A DNA stretch of 64,000 bases. It comes from a phage. Each line of letters starts with the position of its first letter. Position 1 is the stretch's first letter. Below are positions 7,305-15,578 of the stretch, piece after piece. The notes under the pieces are model-generated. The model was not told where the DNA came from. It saw only the letters and a program-made list of their open reading frames with translations, and searched no databases. A program made the translations under genes and the position numbers. The stretch lies in NCBI GenBank assembly GCA_024911895.1, contig GCA_024911895.1_3948.1. The stretch is one strand, 5' to 3'.

Positions 7305-8090
7305 TTAGTTCTTTGCGTCTAAGAAGGTAAGCTCTGGTGAAGAGAAAACCGTCTCGATATCCTCATCAGTTCTTGCATAGATGTAAGCATCTGCATCACT
7401 GCCAAATGTTACTGCAATCCTGTGATTGCTCTTCGACAGGTGGGTAACTAGAGCGTTACTTAGAGACATCTTTTCAACCGGAGGGTTACTTTGATGTATC
7501 TTACCTTTTCTACGTCTGAAGAGGGTAACTGCATTATCTGTGAAAACTGCTACACCTGCAAAATATTCTGGTTCACAATAGTTCTTCCAACCTGAGCGTA
7601 ACTTATGGTACATTTCACCTTCATAGACATATAGGTAAACATCTACACTCTTCATCACCTGATTGATGATAACTGTGACGGCTTGAGGGTCCAGTCCACC
7701 GATACCTGCACCAATCATAGGTAACCCAACTTTCTTCAACTGATTCACTTCACAGTATCTGTTAAGCTGTTTCAAAGATGACTCTAAAGCACTGTATCGG
7801 GCATCTTTACCAGTCTTAAGCTGAGTGTAAAGGTTAGCTATACGGCCTTGTTTTAAACGTGCTACAGAGAAATTGCCTAGTAAATTCTCACAGGGCTTGT
7901 GGCCTATTCCACCTGCATACAGATAAACTTCTGTATCAGTCTCATATGCTTTTGGGTAAAGTTTAGAAATCTTGTCAGCGATACCTGCACCCATTAAGTT
8001 CATACAGTTGCAACCGTGACCGATGACGTCAAACTTACCTTTATCAAATGCTGCAAAGATATCGCCATTGATGATTTTTACAATACCCAT
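7305..8090 (-). CDS. macro-domain protein (ADP-ribose binding/processing; TARG1/OARD1-like N-terminal domain) with ~110-aa C-terminal extension
   Basis: motifs GHGCNCMNLMGAGIA and LPMIGAGIGGLD match, from memory, the TARG1-type macro signatures (CRMGAGIA ... PRIGCGLDRL). Confidence 0.55.
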   Translation of the reverse strand: MGIVKIINGDIFAAFDKGKFDVIGHGCNCMNLMGAGIADKISKLYPKAYETDTEVYLYAGGIGHKPCENLLGNFSVARLKQGRIANLYTQLKTGKDARYSALESSLKQLNRYCEVNQLKKVGLPMIGAGIGGLDPQAVTVIINQVMKSVDVYLYVYEGEMYHKLRSGWKNYCEPEYFAGVAVFTDNAVTLFRRRKGKIHQSNPPVEKMSLSNALVTHLSKSNHRIAVTFGSDADAYIYARTDEDIETVFSSPELTFLDAKN

Positions 8091-8327
8091 TTAACATCTC
8101 TCCCAAGATTCTTTATCTTCTGAAGGTTTTACACGTTGTCCTTCGTGGTCTACCCAGATACATCCACAACCTTCACAGATTACTGGCATTGCATAGCCAG
8201 CTTTAAAGTCATCTTCAGTGATAAGACCTTTTAAGTCTCCTGTATCACGCCCGAACATTTCGATAGCACAATCTTTGCAGAAATCAGCCATGAATAATTG
8301 CCTCTTGAATGATGATGCCTTCGCCAC
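8091..8327 (-). CDS. hypothetical Cys-rich small protein (78 aa)
   Basis: CKDC ... CEGCGC cysteine pairs suggest a zinc-binding fold. Confidence 0.45.
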   Translation of the reverse strand: MAKASSFKRQLFMADFCKDCAIEMFGRDTGDLKGLITEDDFKAGYAMPVICEGCGCIWVDHEGQRVKPSEDKESWERC

Positions 8328-8517
8328 AGCGACTTTTGAAGTCTTCTAATGGTTCAGAGATGAAGCCGCGTAAACGGTCACTGAATTTACGTTTTAAACC
8401 CTTCTTATAAGTTAGCACATCTTCCCCTGCAAACGGGACGACTTCATCTCTCCCTATGAATACTGCTGAACGTACAATCTTGCGGGTCTTTTTATCTCTG
8501 GCTAGTATTACTTTCAT
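8284..8517 (-). CDS. hypothetical protein (77 aa)
   Basis: ORF in an operon-like array; no domain recognised. Confidence 0.4.
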   Translation of the reverse strand: MKVILARDKKTRKIVRSAVFIGRDEVVPFAGEDVLTYKKGLKRKFSDRLRGFISEPLEDFKSRCGEGIIIQEAIIHG

Positions 8518-8818
8518 AGTTTACCTTCTCAGTTAGCTCATACAAGTCAACATGCTCAATGCTATCAATGTTGATACCAATCTTTTTGAAGCGTTCTATC
8601 ACTTCGTTGTCAGTCATCCATATCAGACACCAATGATTATGGATGGATTCCTCAAGAAGGTCAACACAATCTTTAAAAGTTTTTGTATCACTTCTCGTTC
8701 CAACTACTGCGATTGTTCCATATAGCCACTTACCATTGCCATAAGACACTTGTGCTACGCCAACTTCTTTATCTTTCTCGTAGTAAACGGCTACAAAGTC
8801 TCTTCCATTAATCTGCAT
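8492..8818 (-). CDS. hypothetical protein (108 aa)
   Basis: ORF in an operon-like array; no domain recognised. Confidence 0.45.
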   Translation of the reverse strand: MQINGRDFVAVYYEKDKEVGVAQVSYGNGKWLYGTIAVVGTRSDTKTFKDCVDLLEESIHNHWCLIWMTDNEVIERFKKIGINIDSIEHVDLYELTEKVNYESNTSQR

Positions 8819-8820
8819 AG

Positions 8821-9090
8821 TTACTTCCTCGTTTTAAGAACTGCTAAGATTTCTTTAGAATCTGGTAAGAACCATGTGTAGTGATTCTCTTTGATTTCTG
8901 GATGAGTGTCAACCTTTATTTTGCACTCTTTACCAACATGCTTAAGCTGTGCTGTGACACCTTGCATAAAGATATGACACATCACATTATCCATAATGGT
9001 TGGTATGAAGTCAATTCGCATATAAGTTTCTTTTGGTCGTGGTAGTAGTAAGTAACCTTCTACATAGAAAGTATCTTCGTTCTCTGTCAT
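8821..9090 (-). CDS. hypothetical protein (89 aa)
   Basis: ORF in an operon-like array. Confidence 0.45.
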   Translation of the reverse strand: MTENEDTFYVEGYLLLPRPKETYMRIDFIPTIMDNVMCHIFMQGVTAQLKHVGKECKIKVDTHPEIKENHYTWFLPDSKEILAVLKTRK

Positions 9091-9356
9091 TGCTGTTTGT
9101 TCCCTAATAAAATCATGTCAATAAGGTTATTAGCTTTTATAGTGCACTGGTAAAAACCATCACGATAAAACTCAAGGGCTGCTGCCACATCACTACCAGT
9201 ATTGCCTTTGACAGTGAATCTTGATTCTTCTTGAGTGTACTTGTCACTCTCACTTACTCGGGAGTTTTTGAATGTACTGTTCACTTTGTTCGTTGAACAC
9301 CCTGACATAATTATCAGTAACACAAACATTATAAAACTCTGGCTTAGTTTTTTCAT
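9087..9356 (-). CDS. lipoprotein (89-aa precursor); candidate o-spanin or superinfection-exclusion lipoprotein
   Basis: signal peptide MKKLSQSFIMFVLLIIMSGC with lipobox MSG-C; start lies inside the 3' end of 9250..9597 in another frame; AGAGG RBS. Confidence 0.45.
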   Translation of the reverse strand: MKKLSQSFIMFVLLIIMSGCSTNKVNSTFKNSRVSESDKYTQEESRFTVKGNTGSDVAAALEFYRDGFYQCTIKANNLIDMILLGNKQQ

Positions 9357-9597
9357 ATGTTAGTACCTCTTTTGTATGCTTATTCTTAGCAAGCACATCT
9401 TTCAAATCATTTTTGTAATTAGTGCTGAGTGTGGCTAAACCTTCCTGATAAGCATCTTTAGCAACACTTATCAGCTTCTCATTGTTTAACTCAGCTTCAG
9501 CAACTTGGTAGTCTCTATAAGAGTATCCTCCCCAGACACCTGCCCCAACTAAGAAAACAATTATGAAAGTAGCTTGGCAGAACTCTTTAAATGTCAT
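9250..9597 (-). CDS. type-II membrane protein with helical periplasmic domain; candidate i-spanin (115 aa)
   Basis: N-terminal TM ATFIIVFLVGAGVWGG; 107-nt out-of-frame overlap with the downstream lipoprotein gene. Confidence 0.4.
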   Translation of the reverse strand: MTFKEFCQATFIIVFLVGAGVWGGYSYRDYQVAEAELNNEKLISVAKDAYQEGLATLSTNYKNDLKDVLAKNKHTKEVLTYEKTKPEFYNVCVTDNYVRVFNEQSEQYIQKLPSK

Positions 9598-9606
9598 TTA
9601 ACAATC

Positions 9607-9638
9607 TCCTGAAATGAAAAAGGCTCCCGAAGGAGCCT
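9607..9638 (-). terminator. intrinsic terminator: 7-bp stem AGGCTCC/GGAGCCT, loop UUCG on the minus-strand RNA, then U-run
   Basis: plus strand AGGCTCC-CGAA-GGAGCCT at 9621..9638; T-run on the minus strand at 9607..9620. Confidence 0.6.
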
Positions 9639-9649
9639 GTATCTTAACC

Positions 9650-10129
9650 TTAACCGAGGACTTTAGCAAGGATATTTGCAGCCATCGAAGAAGCTTTTGC
9701 AGCAGCAACTACGCCAGCTTTGACAGTGCTATCCTTAATAGCAGATACCGTTGCAGCATCAGTAAAGAGATAAGTGATTGTTTTAGAACCACTCGTAAAG
9801 GAAAGCATAAGAGTAGTTTCCAGATTGAAAGAGCGATACGGAGCACCTTCTTTAACGATACCTTCAGCACCTAACTCTGAAGCCTTACCCATATCATAGA
9901 TAGTCATCAGGTTTTCTTTGTGTGCAGTCGTTGAACCAGCACCTTTTACGTGCTTTTTAACATTCAACAATGCACGATATTCACGAATGCTTCCATCAGC
10001 TTTTACATTAACAGCACGGAAAATTTTACCTTCAAAGTTGCCTTGAATCATTTTACGAACTACTTCAGATTTGTTTGCCGTATCGTCCAGTGCTACCGTA
10101 ATGATATTGTTCATAAGTTTTTCTCTCAA
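9650..10129 (-). CDS. hypothetical protein (159 aa)
   Basis: ORF; 4-nt ATGA overlap with the upstream gene. Confidence 0.5.
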   Translation of the reverse strand: MREKLMNNIITVALDDTANKSEVVRKMIQGNFEGKIFRAVNVKADGSIREYRALLNVKKHVKGAGSTTAHKENLMTIYDMGKASELGAEGIVKEGAPYRSFNLETTLMLSFTSGSKTITYLFTDAATVSAIKDSTVKAGVVAAAKASSMAANILAKVLG

Positions 10130-10821
10130 TGTTTAACTAACATGGTTTTAATGTGTGGAAGGATTCTGTTAACCTTCTGAACATTCTTCTCTGTATCTTC
10201 TATAAAGCATACTATATTAAAATAAGGAAGAATGCAAGACTGAATCATCCTCACTTTCAAACTTTCTGCACTTATAGAGTTAGTTCCAAAACCACGCATA
10301 AAAAGCATGTAGTCATGCTCTATGTTATGCCTTAAGAACATCTCAGTAGGTATTCTCTGAGATTCACCTCTCGCTGTCAAGAGTCCAATGGCAGCATGAT
10401 TAGCAATTGCATCAATAATACTAAAAACATATGTTGGTTTTGCTCTTACAGAGTCAAGAAGATTAGTGTATTGTGAGAATGACCCATCAGTCAATTCCGT
10501 TGAGCAATCTTCGTGATTAAAATTTGTAAGAACACCATCAATATCTGCTAAGATGAGGTTACCTTTTTCTACAAGGTCTTTATTGACTATGACTAAACTA
10601 TCACGACTTACACCTATAGCTTGTCCAGTTTCTTTATCCACAACGTTCACAATTGGTTCTGATGTGTGGAACTCTTCAAGTGAACATACAACTTCTCTTG
10701 CAGTGTCTTCAAAATCCCTGCACTGTTCTGGAGTCCATACACAGGAATCAAGACCTAACTCATGAGGATGCAAGTCATAAGCGTGGCACAGGACTTCATC
10801 AGACTTTCTTAATTTTTTCAT
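10126..10821 (-). CDS. HAD-superfamily phosphatase-like protein (231 aa)
   Basis: motif I LILADIDGVLT (DxDxV/T), motif II-like GLLTARG, acidic motif IEDTEKN. Confidence 0.4.
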   Translation of the reverse strand: MKKLRKSDEVLCHAYDLHPHELGLDSCVWTPEQCRDFEDTAREVVCSLEEFHTSEPIVNVVDKETGQAIGVSRDSLVIVNKDLVEKGNLILADIDGVLTNFNHEDCSTELTDGSFSQYTNLLDSVRAKPTYVFSIIDAIANHAAIGLLTARGESQRIPTEMFLRHNIEHDYMLFMRGFGTNSISAESLKVRMIQSCILPYFNIVCFIEDTEKNVQKVNRILPHIKTMLVKH

Positions 10822-11347
10822 GATTTACCTTAGAAATGTTTGTTGCAAATTCACATTGAGCAATAACTTTCATATTGTTATAGACATCTTGAGAGTATTT
10901 CTTAGCTTTAGGGATTTTGTACGAATACCCAGCATTATATGATGCTAAAACTTTTTGTAAAGTCTTCTTTGACTTTGGCTGACCATGTACCTTTGTCCAA
11001 AACTCAAGCTCTTTATGTGTTTCTTTTGCGGCATAGTCAAAGTCTTTTAAGAGTTTCTTTTTAGCAACATTAGGACTAATTTTGTTACGCTTTACAACAG
11101 TCTTCAAGTGATTCTGGAAGATACCGTAGTCATGGGTCTTTTTATTTTCTACCTTCAGACCTAACTCTGACTCTTGTAAGGCTATAGCTGCTAGAGTGAT
11201 ACCCCAACCTTTACCCATGTTATTCTCACCATACTGGTAAGCTTTTAACATGTTAACTTTTTGGCTAATTGATAGCTCTGGGCAGTCAACTGCATAAGAT
11301 AAGTGTGCTGTAAACATTAAGCACAAGCCTAGAATCAATTTCTTCAT
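10799..11347 (-). CDS. secreted lytic transglycosylase (SLT domain) protein, possible endolysin or cell-wall remodelling enzyme
   Basis: signal peptide MKKLILGLCLMFTAHLSYA; SLT family-1 motifs in order: LQESELG (E-S), DYGIFQ, SYNAGYS. Confidence 0.5.
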   Translation of the reverse strand: MKKLILGLCLMFTAHLSYAVDCPELSISQKVNMLKAYQYGENNMGKGWGITLAAIALQESELGLKVENKKTHDYGIFQNHLKTVVKRNKISPNVAKKKLLKDFDYAAKETHKELEFWTKVHGQPKSKKTLQKVLASYNAGYSYKIPKAKKYSQDVYNNMKVIAQCEFATNISKVNHEKIKKV

Positions 11348-11412
11348 TGGTTCTCCTGTTTAGTTTATCGTGACAACAATTATACAGCACTCTGCACAAA
11401 ATACAAATAAAA

Positions 11413-11430
11413 AAGGCCGCCGAAGCAGCC
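11413..11430 (-). terminator. hairpin terminator after rIIB (7-bp stem with one mismatch, UUCG loop), followed by a minus-strand U-run
   Basis: plus AGGCCGC-CGAA-GCAGCCT; the plus-strand A-run at 11401..11412 gives the minus-strand U-run. Confidence 0.5.
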
Positions 11431-11447
11431 TTTTAAGAAATTACTTA

Positions 11448-12557
11448 TTAGATTTCACGTTTACGTTGAGAGATAAGTTCACCAGCAGTGCCAACGATGA
11501 CATGCAAAGCTTCAGTCTTACCATCCCATGCTTTCAGCACTTTACGTTGATTATCAACGATTGCTGCAACTTCATAACGAGAGGAACGCATCTTCATATC
11601 GTTGTAATCAGTTGGTACGGATACAACATCTCGTGGATGGACACGAACCTTCAGGATGGTATCACCTGAGAAGCAACGAACATAATCCCAAGCGCCAACA
11701 TGAAGACCTTGAGAGCAAGTTACGTTACGGTTATTATCAACCATCCAACGTGGCATTTCTACAATGTTACCCAAATCATTAGGCACTTTGTAGGTGTGAG
11801 AGTCAACCAGCTTGCCTTCACGAGTAGAGACTTTCTTCCAACCAATGATGTAGCCCTCTTCATCAATTTCAACATCAAGGTGAGATACAAATCCCCAAAG
11901 TTGTTCTACAGAATCTTTAGATGGGTTTTCCATCAGTTTTTCGAAGAACATTACAAGTCGTTCAAAACCTTTATCACCAGTTTTCATCATGTGAAGAATA
12001 CGGTCAACCAGAGTAGAACGCATCTCAACAGCACCGTAGAATAGCTTGTCACCTTTGATTGTAATAGCACCCTGAGTGAAGTTTTCGATAGACTTACGAA
12101 TGTTCATTAGTTCAAATGCTTTCTTGAACTCACCTTTCACAACATGAACTACAATCTCTTGATAGTTTGGATGAGTAGACTCAACAATTTCAGATTCTGA
12201 ACCATAAGTCATAATTACAGAGTCACCAGTAATCATGTACTCAATCTTGTCATCTTTCTGCATAGCTTCGTGCAGTTTATTTACTGGAGCTTTCTGTACA
12301 GTCTCTTTAACGACCTTTTCAACTGGTTTGCCAGCTTTCTTTTTAAAAGTCTTAGCAACTTGCTTCAAAGTCTTCGTAGCTGGTGTAGAAGTTGCCTTTT
12401 TATTCCCTTTTAGGGTTGCTTCATGACGCTCTACAGCACGACCAACTGAACGGGTTGAAGTGTTAAATTTCTGTGCAATAGCTGTTTTGGTCAGCTTACC
12501 TTCTTTTACCAGTTTGTAAATTTCTGCGTCAATCTGTGCTTTAGTTTTAGTAGTCAT
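11448..12557 (-). CDS. rIIB: rIIB-like protein
   Basis: aligns by eye with T4 rIIB as recalled: LFYGAVEMRSTLVDRIL, CSQGLHVGAWDY, KVRVHPRDVVSVPTDYNDMKMR; lies directly downstream of rIIA. Confidence 0.75.
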   Translation of the reverse strand: MTTKTKAQIDAEIYKLVKEGKLTKTAIAQKFNTSTRSVGRAVERHEATLKGNKKATSTPATKTLKQVAKTFKKKAGKPVEKVVKETVQKAPVNKLHEAMQKDDKIEYMITGDSVIMTYGSESEIVESTHPNYQEIVVHVVKGEFKKAFELMNIRKSIENFTQGAITIKGDKLFYGAVEMRSTLVDRILHMMKTGDKGFERLVMFFEKLMENPSKDSVEQLWGFVSHLDVEIDEEGYIIGWKKVSTREGKLVDSHTYKVPNDLGNIVEMPRWMVDNNRNVTCSQGLHVGAWDYVRCFSGDTILKVRVHPRDVVSVPTDYNDMKMRSSRYEVAAIVDNQRKVLKAWDGKTEALHVIVGTAGELISQRKREI

Positions 12558-12602
12558 CTTATTACTCTCTCTTGTTAGTTAATCAATCAATTTGTGAGGC
12601 TA

Positions 12603-12632
12603 TTCTAAGGGGCTTTGAAGCCCCTTGTCAAA
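12603..12632 (-). promoter_or_regulatory. sigma70-like promoter for rIIB whose 18-bp spacer is a perfect hairpin (TTGACA-AGGGGCTTCAAAGCCCCT-TAGAAT on the minus strand)
   Basis: -35 at plus 12627..12632, -10 at plus 12603..12608; hairpin 12607..12626. Confidence 0.45.
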
Positions 12633-12636
12633 CACT

Positions 12637-15003
12637 TTAATCGTAAATTGTTGTACCTTCTGGAACACATTTCACATCAAAGCCTAAAAACTTACTCACT
12701 TCGATAGGTGATACTTTATTCCAATCTAAGTGTGAAAGCAAGAAGTTTTCTTGTTTTCTTTTTGAAAGATAGTTTGTCAGCTTAATGACCATACGGTCAC
12801 CAGCTTTCTTAATTTTCTTGTACAGCTTTGTATCATTGTCAAGGCACTCTTTCAAAGTTTGCAACCGACTAATAGTGTAAGTGTATGCAAACGGTGCAGC
12901 AACGTATTGGATTTTACCAAACATTGCCTCAACAGCATCTTCATTACCTTCTAAGAAGATAGTTTTGTTTGTGTCTCGTGAATAGCAATAGCCACGAGAA
13001 ATCTTCCTGTTATTGAACGTAAAGTTTCTGGCAATAATCCAACTGCTTGTAAGGTCAAGGACACCATTCATATAGATACGTGTCATATACCTGTTATGAT
13101 TAATCCAATGAACATCAGTTAAGCTGTCGTTCAAGAGTTTCTCATCTACTTCAATCCAGTCTTCTGGTATCTTTTTCCAATTTGCTTTTCGGAAAACATA
13201 GACTGTCTTTTCAATGACATTGGCAACTGACTTAGCTACATCTTCTGGAGATGAGCAAAAACATTCGCCATCAACTGTGTCACCTACTGCCTTAATATAA
13301 AGCTGAGGCTCTTCAATCGTGTCTAAGTCTTCTGACACCTCTTTGTATGAAGCTACACCTTCTGCTGGAACAGCTTTCCAGAGTTTTACAACACCTCTTA
13401 CAGCTTCTTTACGCTGGTAATGGTGTTCCTTATCAGACATCTTCACAATCTTTAACAAGCTTTTATCAAGTTTGTGCAGATTGATTAGGTCGTCTAGCTC
13501 TTCCTCATTAGAGAATACAAAGACAATACCATTGTATCTGTGAAACAGACTTGACTCGCTGGCATAGTCTCGACATGCACCACGCAGAATCTGATTGCGT
13601 CCTACAGTCTTCTCAGTACCATTTTTATTGCGACGGTCATTTATAACAAACAAAAACTGTTCAATTTGACTTTTACGCATTGCGCCAAATATATTGAACA
13701 TACTTGCCTCTTGAGTGTAGGAAAGCGCTGTTGCACGAATCTTACTCTCTAAAGAGTTAAACTTAACATAAGCAACTGGATTATAAAGATAATCTACTTT
13801 AGGGATGTTGTTTCCGTTCCTATCAACCTTAATATTACCTTTACCATCACGTTCATAGATAACTGAGCCGTCTTCTGCGTAGATAATTCCACGACGAATG
13901 TTTAGTAATTCTTCTTCCAGAGAATCAAGCTTAACGCCTCCCCACTCTAGCTTTGGACACACAGCATTAAACATCTCTCGTGAGTTCAAACGTAACTCAG
14001 CATAAGCCTGTGCAGCATCCATGAGTGTAGGTTGGCTATTAACTTTCTTGATAACATCCTTTGTAATGGCTTCAGTTATCTTTTTAGTAGCCTCAATGAT
14101 AACATTTTTTGTCGTGTCATTCATCTGCAATGCTTCACGAGAAGCTGCAATAGCAACTGAACCAATAGGCATGTAGATGTTTACAAGGTCTACGCTCCTA
14201 CGGAAAAATTCTGGCAATACTTTGAAGAAATCATCTCCAAGTAATGCTTCCATGTTAACAGGGTAGGCAATGTTACCCATCACCACATTAAACTCTGTTC
14301 TGTTAGCGCCAGAACGCCAGCTTTGCTTATGAATCATGGCATCATAAACACCTTCTTCACGGGCAATGACGTTCATATCTGCTAATACATCGTCGTACTC
14401 AATATTACTTTCTGGTTTTACAGTGAAGTATGAGTACACATTCCCAGCTTCTTCAAAGAACTTTGAGATACGGTGGTCAGCAACTGCCACACGTACAGCT
14501 AAACCATTAGGTTCTTTTGTTGGGTTAGTTGTCAGCTTAGTTACTTGAGGGATACCATTCTCAAGATAAACAGAGTACTTATTAACAACACCGTCAACAT
14601 AGCTAGATACTGTGAATGACTGAGCAATTGCAAATGGTGACTTTGAGCCGATACCCATTGCACCAATGTAGTCATTAGAGTCATTCTTCGTAGAAGCTCC
14701 ATAGTTTAGGTACAAACTCATAACTTTATCATGAGTCAATCCAGTTCCAAAATCACGAACTTCGAAGTAAGGCTCAAAACGAGTAGGTAAATGCACATGG
14801 AATGGAATGTTCTCTTTTCCAGCTTCTTTCTGAGCATCTACTGCGTTACATGACAGTTCACGAATCACTGCCCTTTCTTTAAAGGTGTATACACCAGAAC
14901 TCAAAAGGCTGAACATCTCAGGTGTCATTGTAATCTGTGCTTGAGACGTCTCTAAAGAAGTTGAACTCTTAATCACTTCTGCGTGGTCATTTACCATGCG
15001 CAT
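12637..15003 (-). CDS. rIIA: rIIA-like protein with N-terminal GHKL/HATPase-like domain
   Basis: AVIRELSCNAVDA, EVRDFGTGL, SNDYIGAMGIGSKSPF match the T4 rIIA N-terminus as recalled; 788 aa. Confidence 0.75.
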   Translation of the reverse strand: MRMVNDHAEVIKSSTSLETSQAQITMTPEMFSLLSSGVYTFKERAVIRELSCNAVDAQKEAGKENIPFHVHLPTRFEPYFEVRDFGTGLTHDKVMSLYLNYGASTKNDSNDYIGAMGIGSKSPFAIAQSFTVSSYVDGVVNKYSVYLENGIPQVTKLTTNPTKEPNGLAVRVAVADHRISKFFEEAGNVYSYFTVKPESNIEYDDVLADMNVIAREEGVYDAMIHKQSWRSGANRTEFNVVMGNIAYPVNMEALLGDDFFKVLPEFFRRSVDLVNIYMPIGSVAIAASREALQMNDTTKNVIIEATKKITEAITKDVIKKVNSQPTLMDAAQAYAELRLNSREMFNAVCPKLEWGGVKLDSLEEELLNIRRGIIYAEDGSVIYERDGKGNIKVDRNGNNIPKVDYLYNPVAYVKFNSLESKIRATALSYTQEASMFNIFGAMRKSQIEQFLFVINDRRNKNGTEKTVGRNQILRGACRDYASESSLFHRYNGIVFVFSNEEELDDLINLHKLDKSLLKIVKMSDKEHHYQRKEAVRGVVKLWKAVPAEGVASYKEVSEDLDTIEEPQLYIKAVGDTVDGECFCSSPEDVAKSVANVIEKTVYVFRKANWKKIPEDWIEVDEKLLNDSLTDVHWINHNRYMTRIYMNGVLDLTSSWIIARNFTFNNRKISRGYCYSRDTNKTIFLEGNEDAVEAMFGKIQYVAAPFAYTYTISRLQTLKECLDNDTKLYKKIKKAGDRMVIKLTNYLSKRKQENFLLSHLDWNKVSPIEVSKFLGFDVKCVPEGTTIYD

Positions 15004-15031
15004 AATACTTTCCTCTTAGTTTACTGTTAAA

Positions 15032-15208
15032 TTACTTATTAAACATTTTACCAGAACCACCACACATAGGGCAACAACCTGCTCTTGTATACCCTTCCCC
15101 ATTGCAGTAATCACACTTCTTGTGTTCTGCAAAGTACTTGCAAAGAAGGTAAACAAATACTGCTACGCTACCAAGTGACAGTAAAATTTCTATCCAATAT
15201 GCTTGCAT
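15032..15208 (-). CDS. small membrane-anchored Cys-rich protein (58 aa), below the ORF-track cutoff
   Basis: own translation: MQAYWIEILLSLGSVAVFVYLLCKYFAEHKKCDYCNGEGYTRAGCCPMCGGSGKMFNK; TM helix plus CxxC..CCxxC. Confidence 0.45.
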   Translation of the reverse strand: MQAYWIEILLSLGSVAVFVYLLCKYFAEHKKCDYCNGEGYTRAGCCPMCGGSGKMFNK

Positions 15209-15525
15209 GACTCACCTCTCATATTTTTGTAAAGGATAAAGCTTCTGTCATGGACGATACTTGTAGATACTGCAAAGTTACTTTCAAGCATCTGTTTGTT
15301 TGGATTGTAGAAGCTTTTTTTAAACTCGTCAAGCGCAAATTGGTGGTTGTCTGGAAGACCTTTTACACAAACTTTTATTGTGACTGCTGCTGCAATCTTG
15401 CCATTCAGTTCTTCTTTAGCTGCTACTAAAATTTTGTTAAGGAACTTTTTACCATCTTCAGGTTTCTTAATATTCTCCCAACGCTCTTCTAAGACAATGT
15501 TGATGTTCATCTCTTTGATTTTCAT
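15190..15525 (-). CDS. hypothetical protein (111 aa)
   Basis: ORF; no domain recognised. Confidence 0.5.
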   Translation of the reverse strand: MKIKEMNINIVLEERWENIKKPEDGKKFLNKILVAAKEELNGKIAAAVTIKVCVKGLPDNHQFALDEFKKSFYNPNKQMLESNFAVSTSIVHDRSFILYKNMRGESCKHIG

Positions 15526-15532
15526 AATCTTC

Positions 15533-15564
15533 TCCAGAAATTAAAAAGGCTCCCGTAGGAGCCT
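15533..15564 (-). terminator. intrinsic terminator after the Nampt-like gene (stem AGGCTCC/GGAGCCT, UACG loop, U-run)
   Basis: plus AGGCTCC-CGTA-GGAGCCT at 15547..15564; minus-strand T-run at 15533..15546. Confidence 0.6.
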
Positions 15565-15578
15565 CTTATCATATACTT

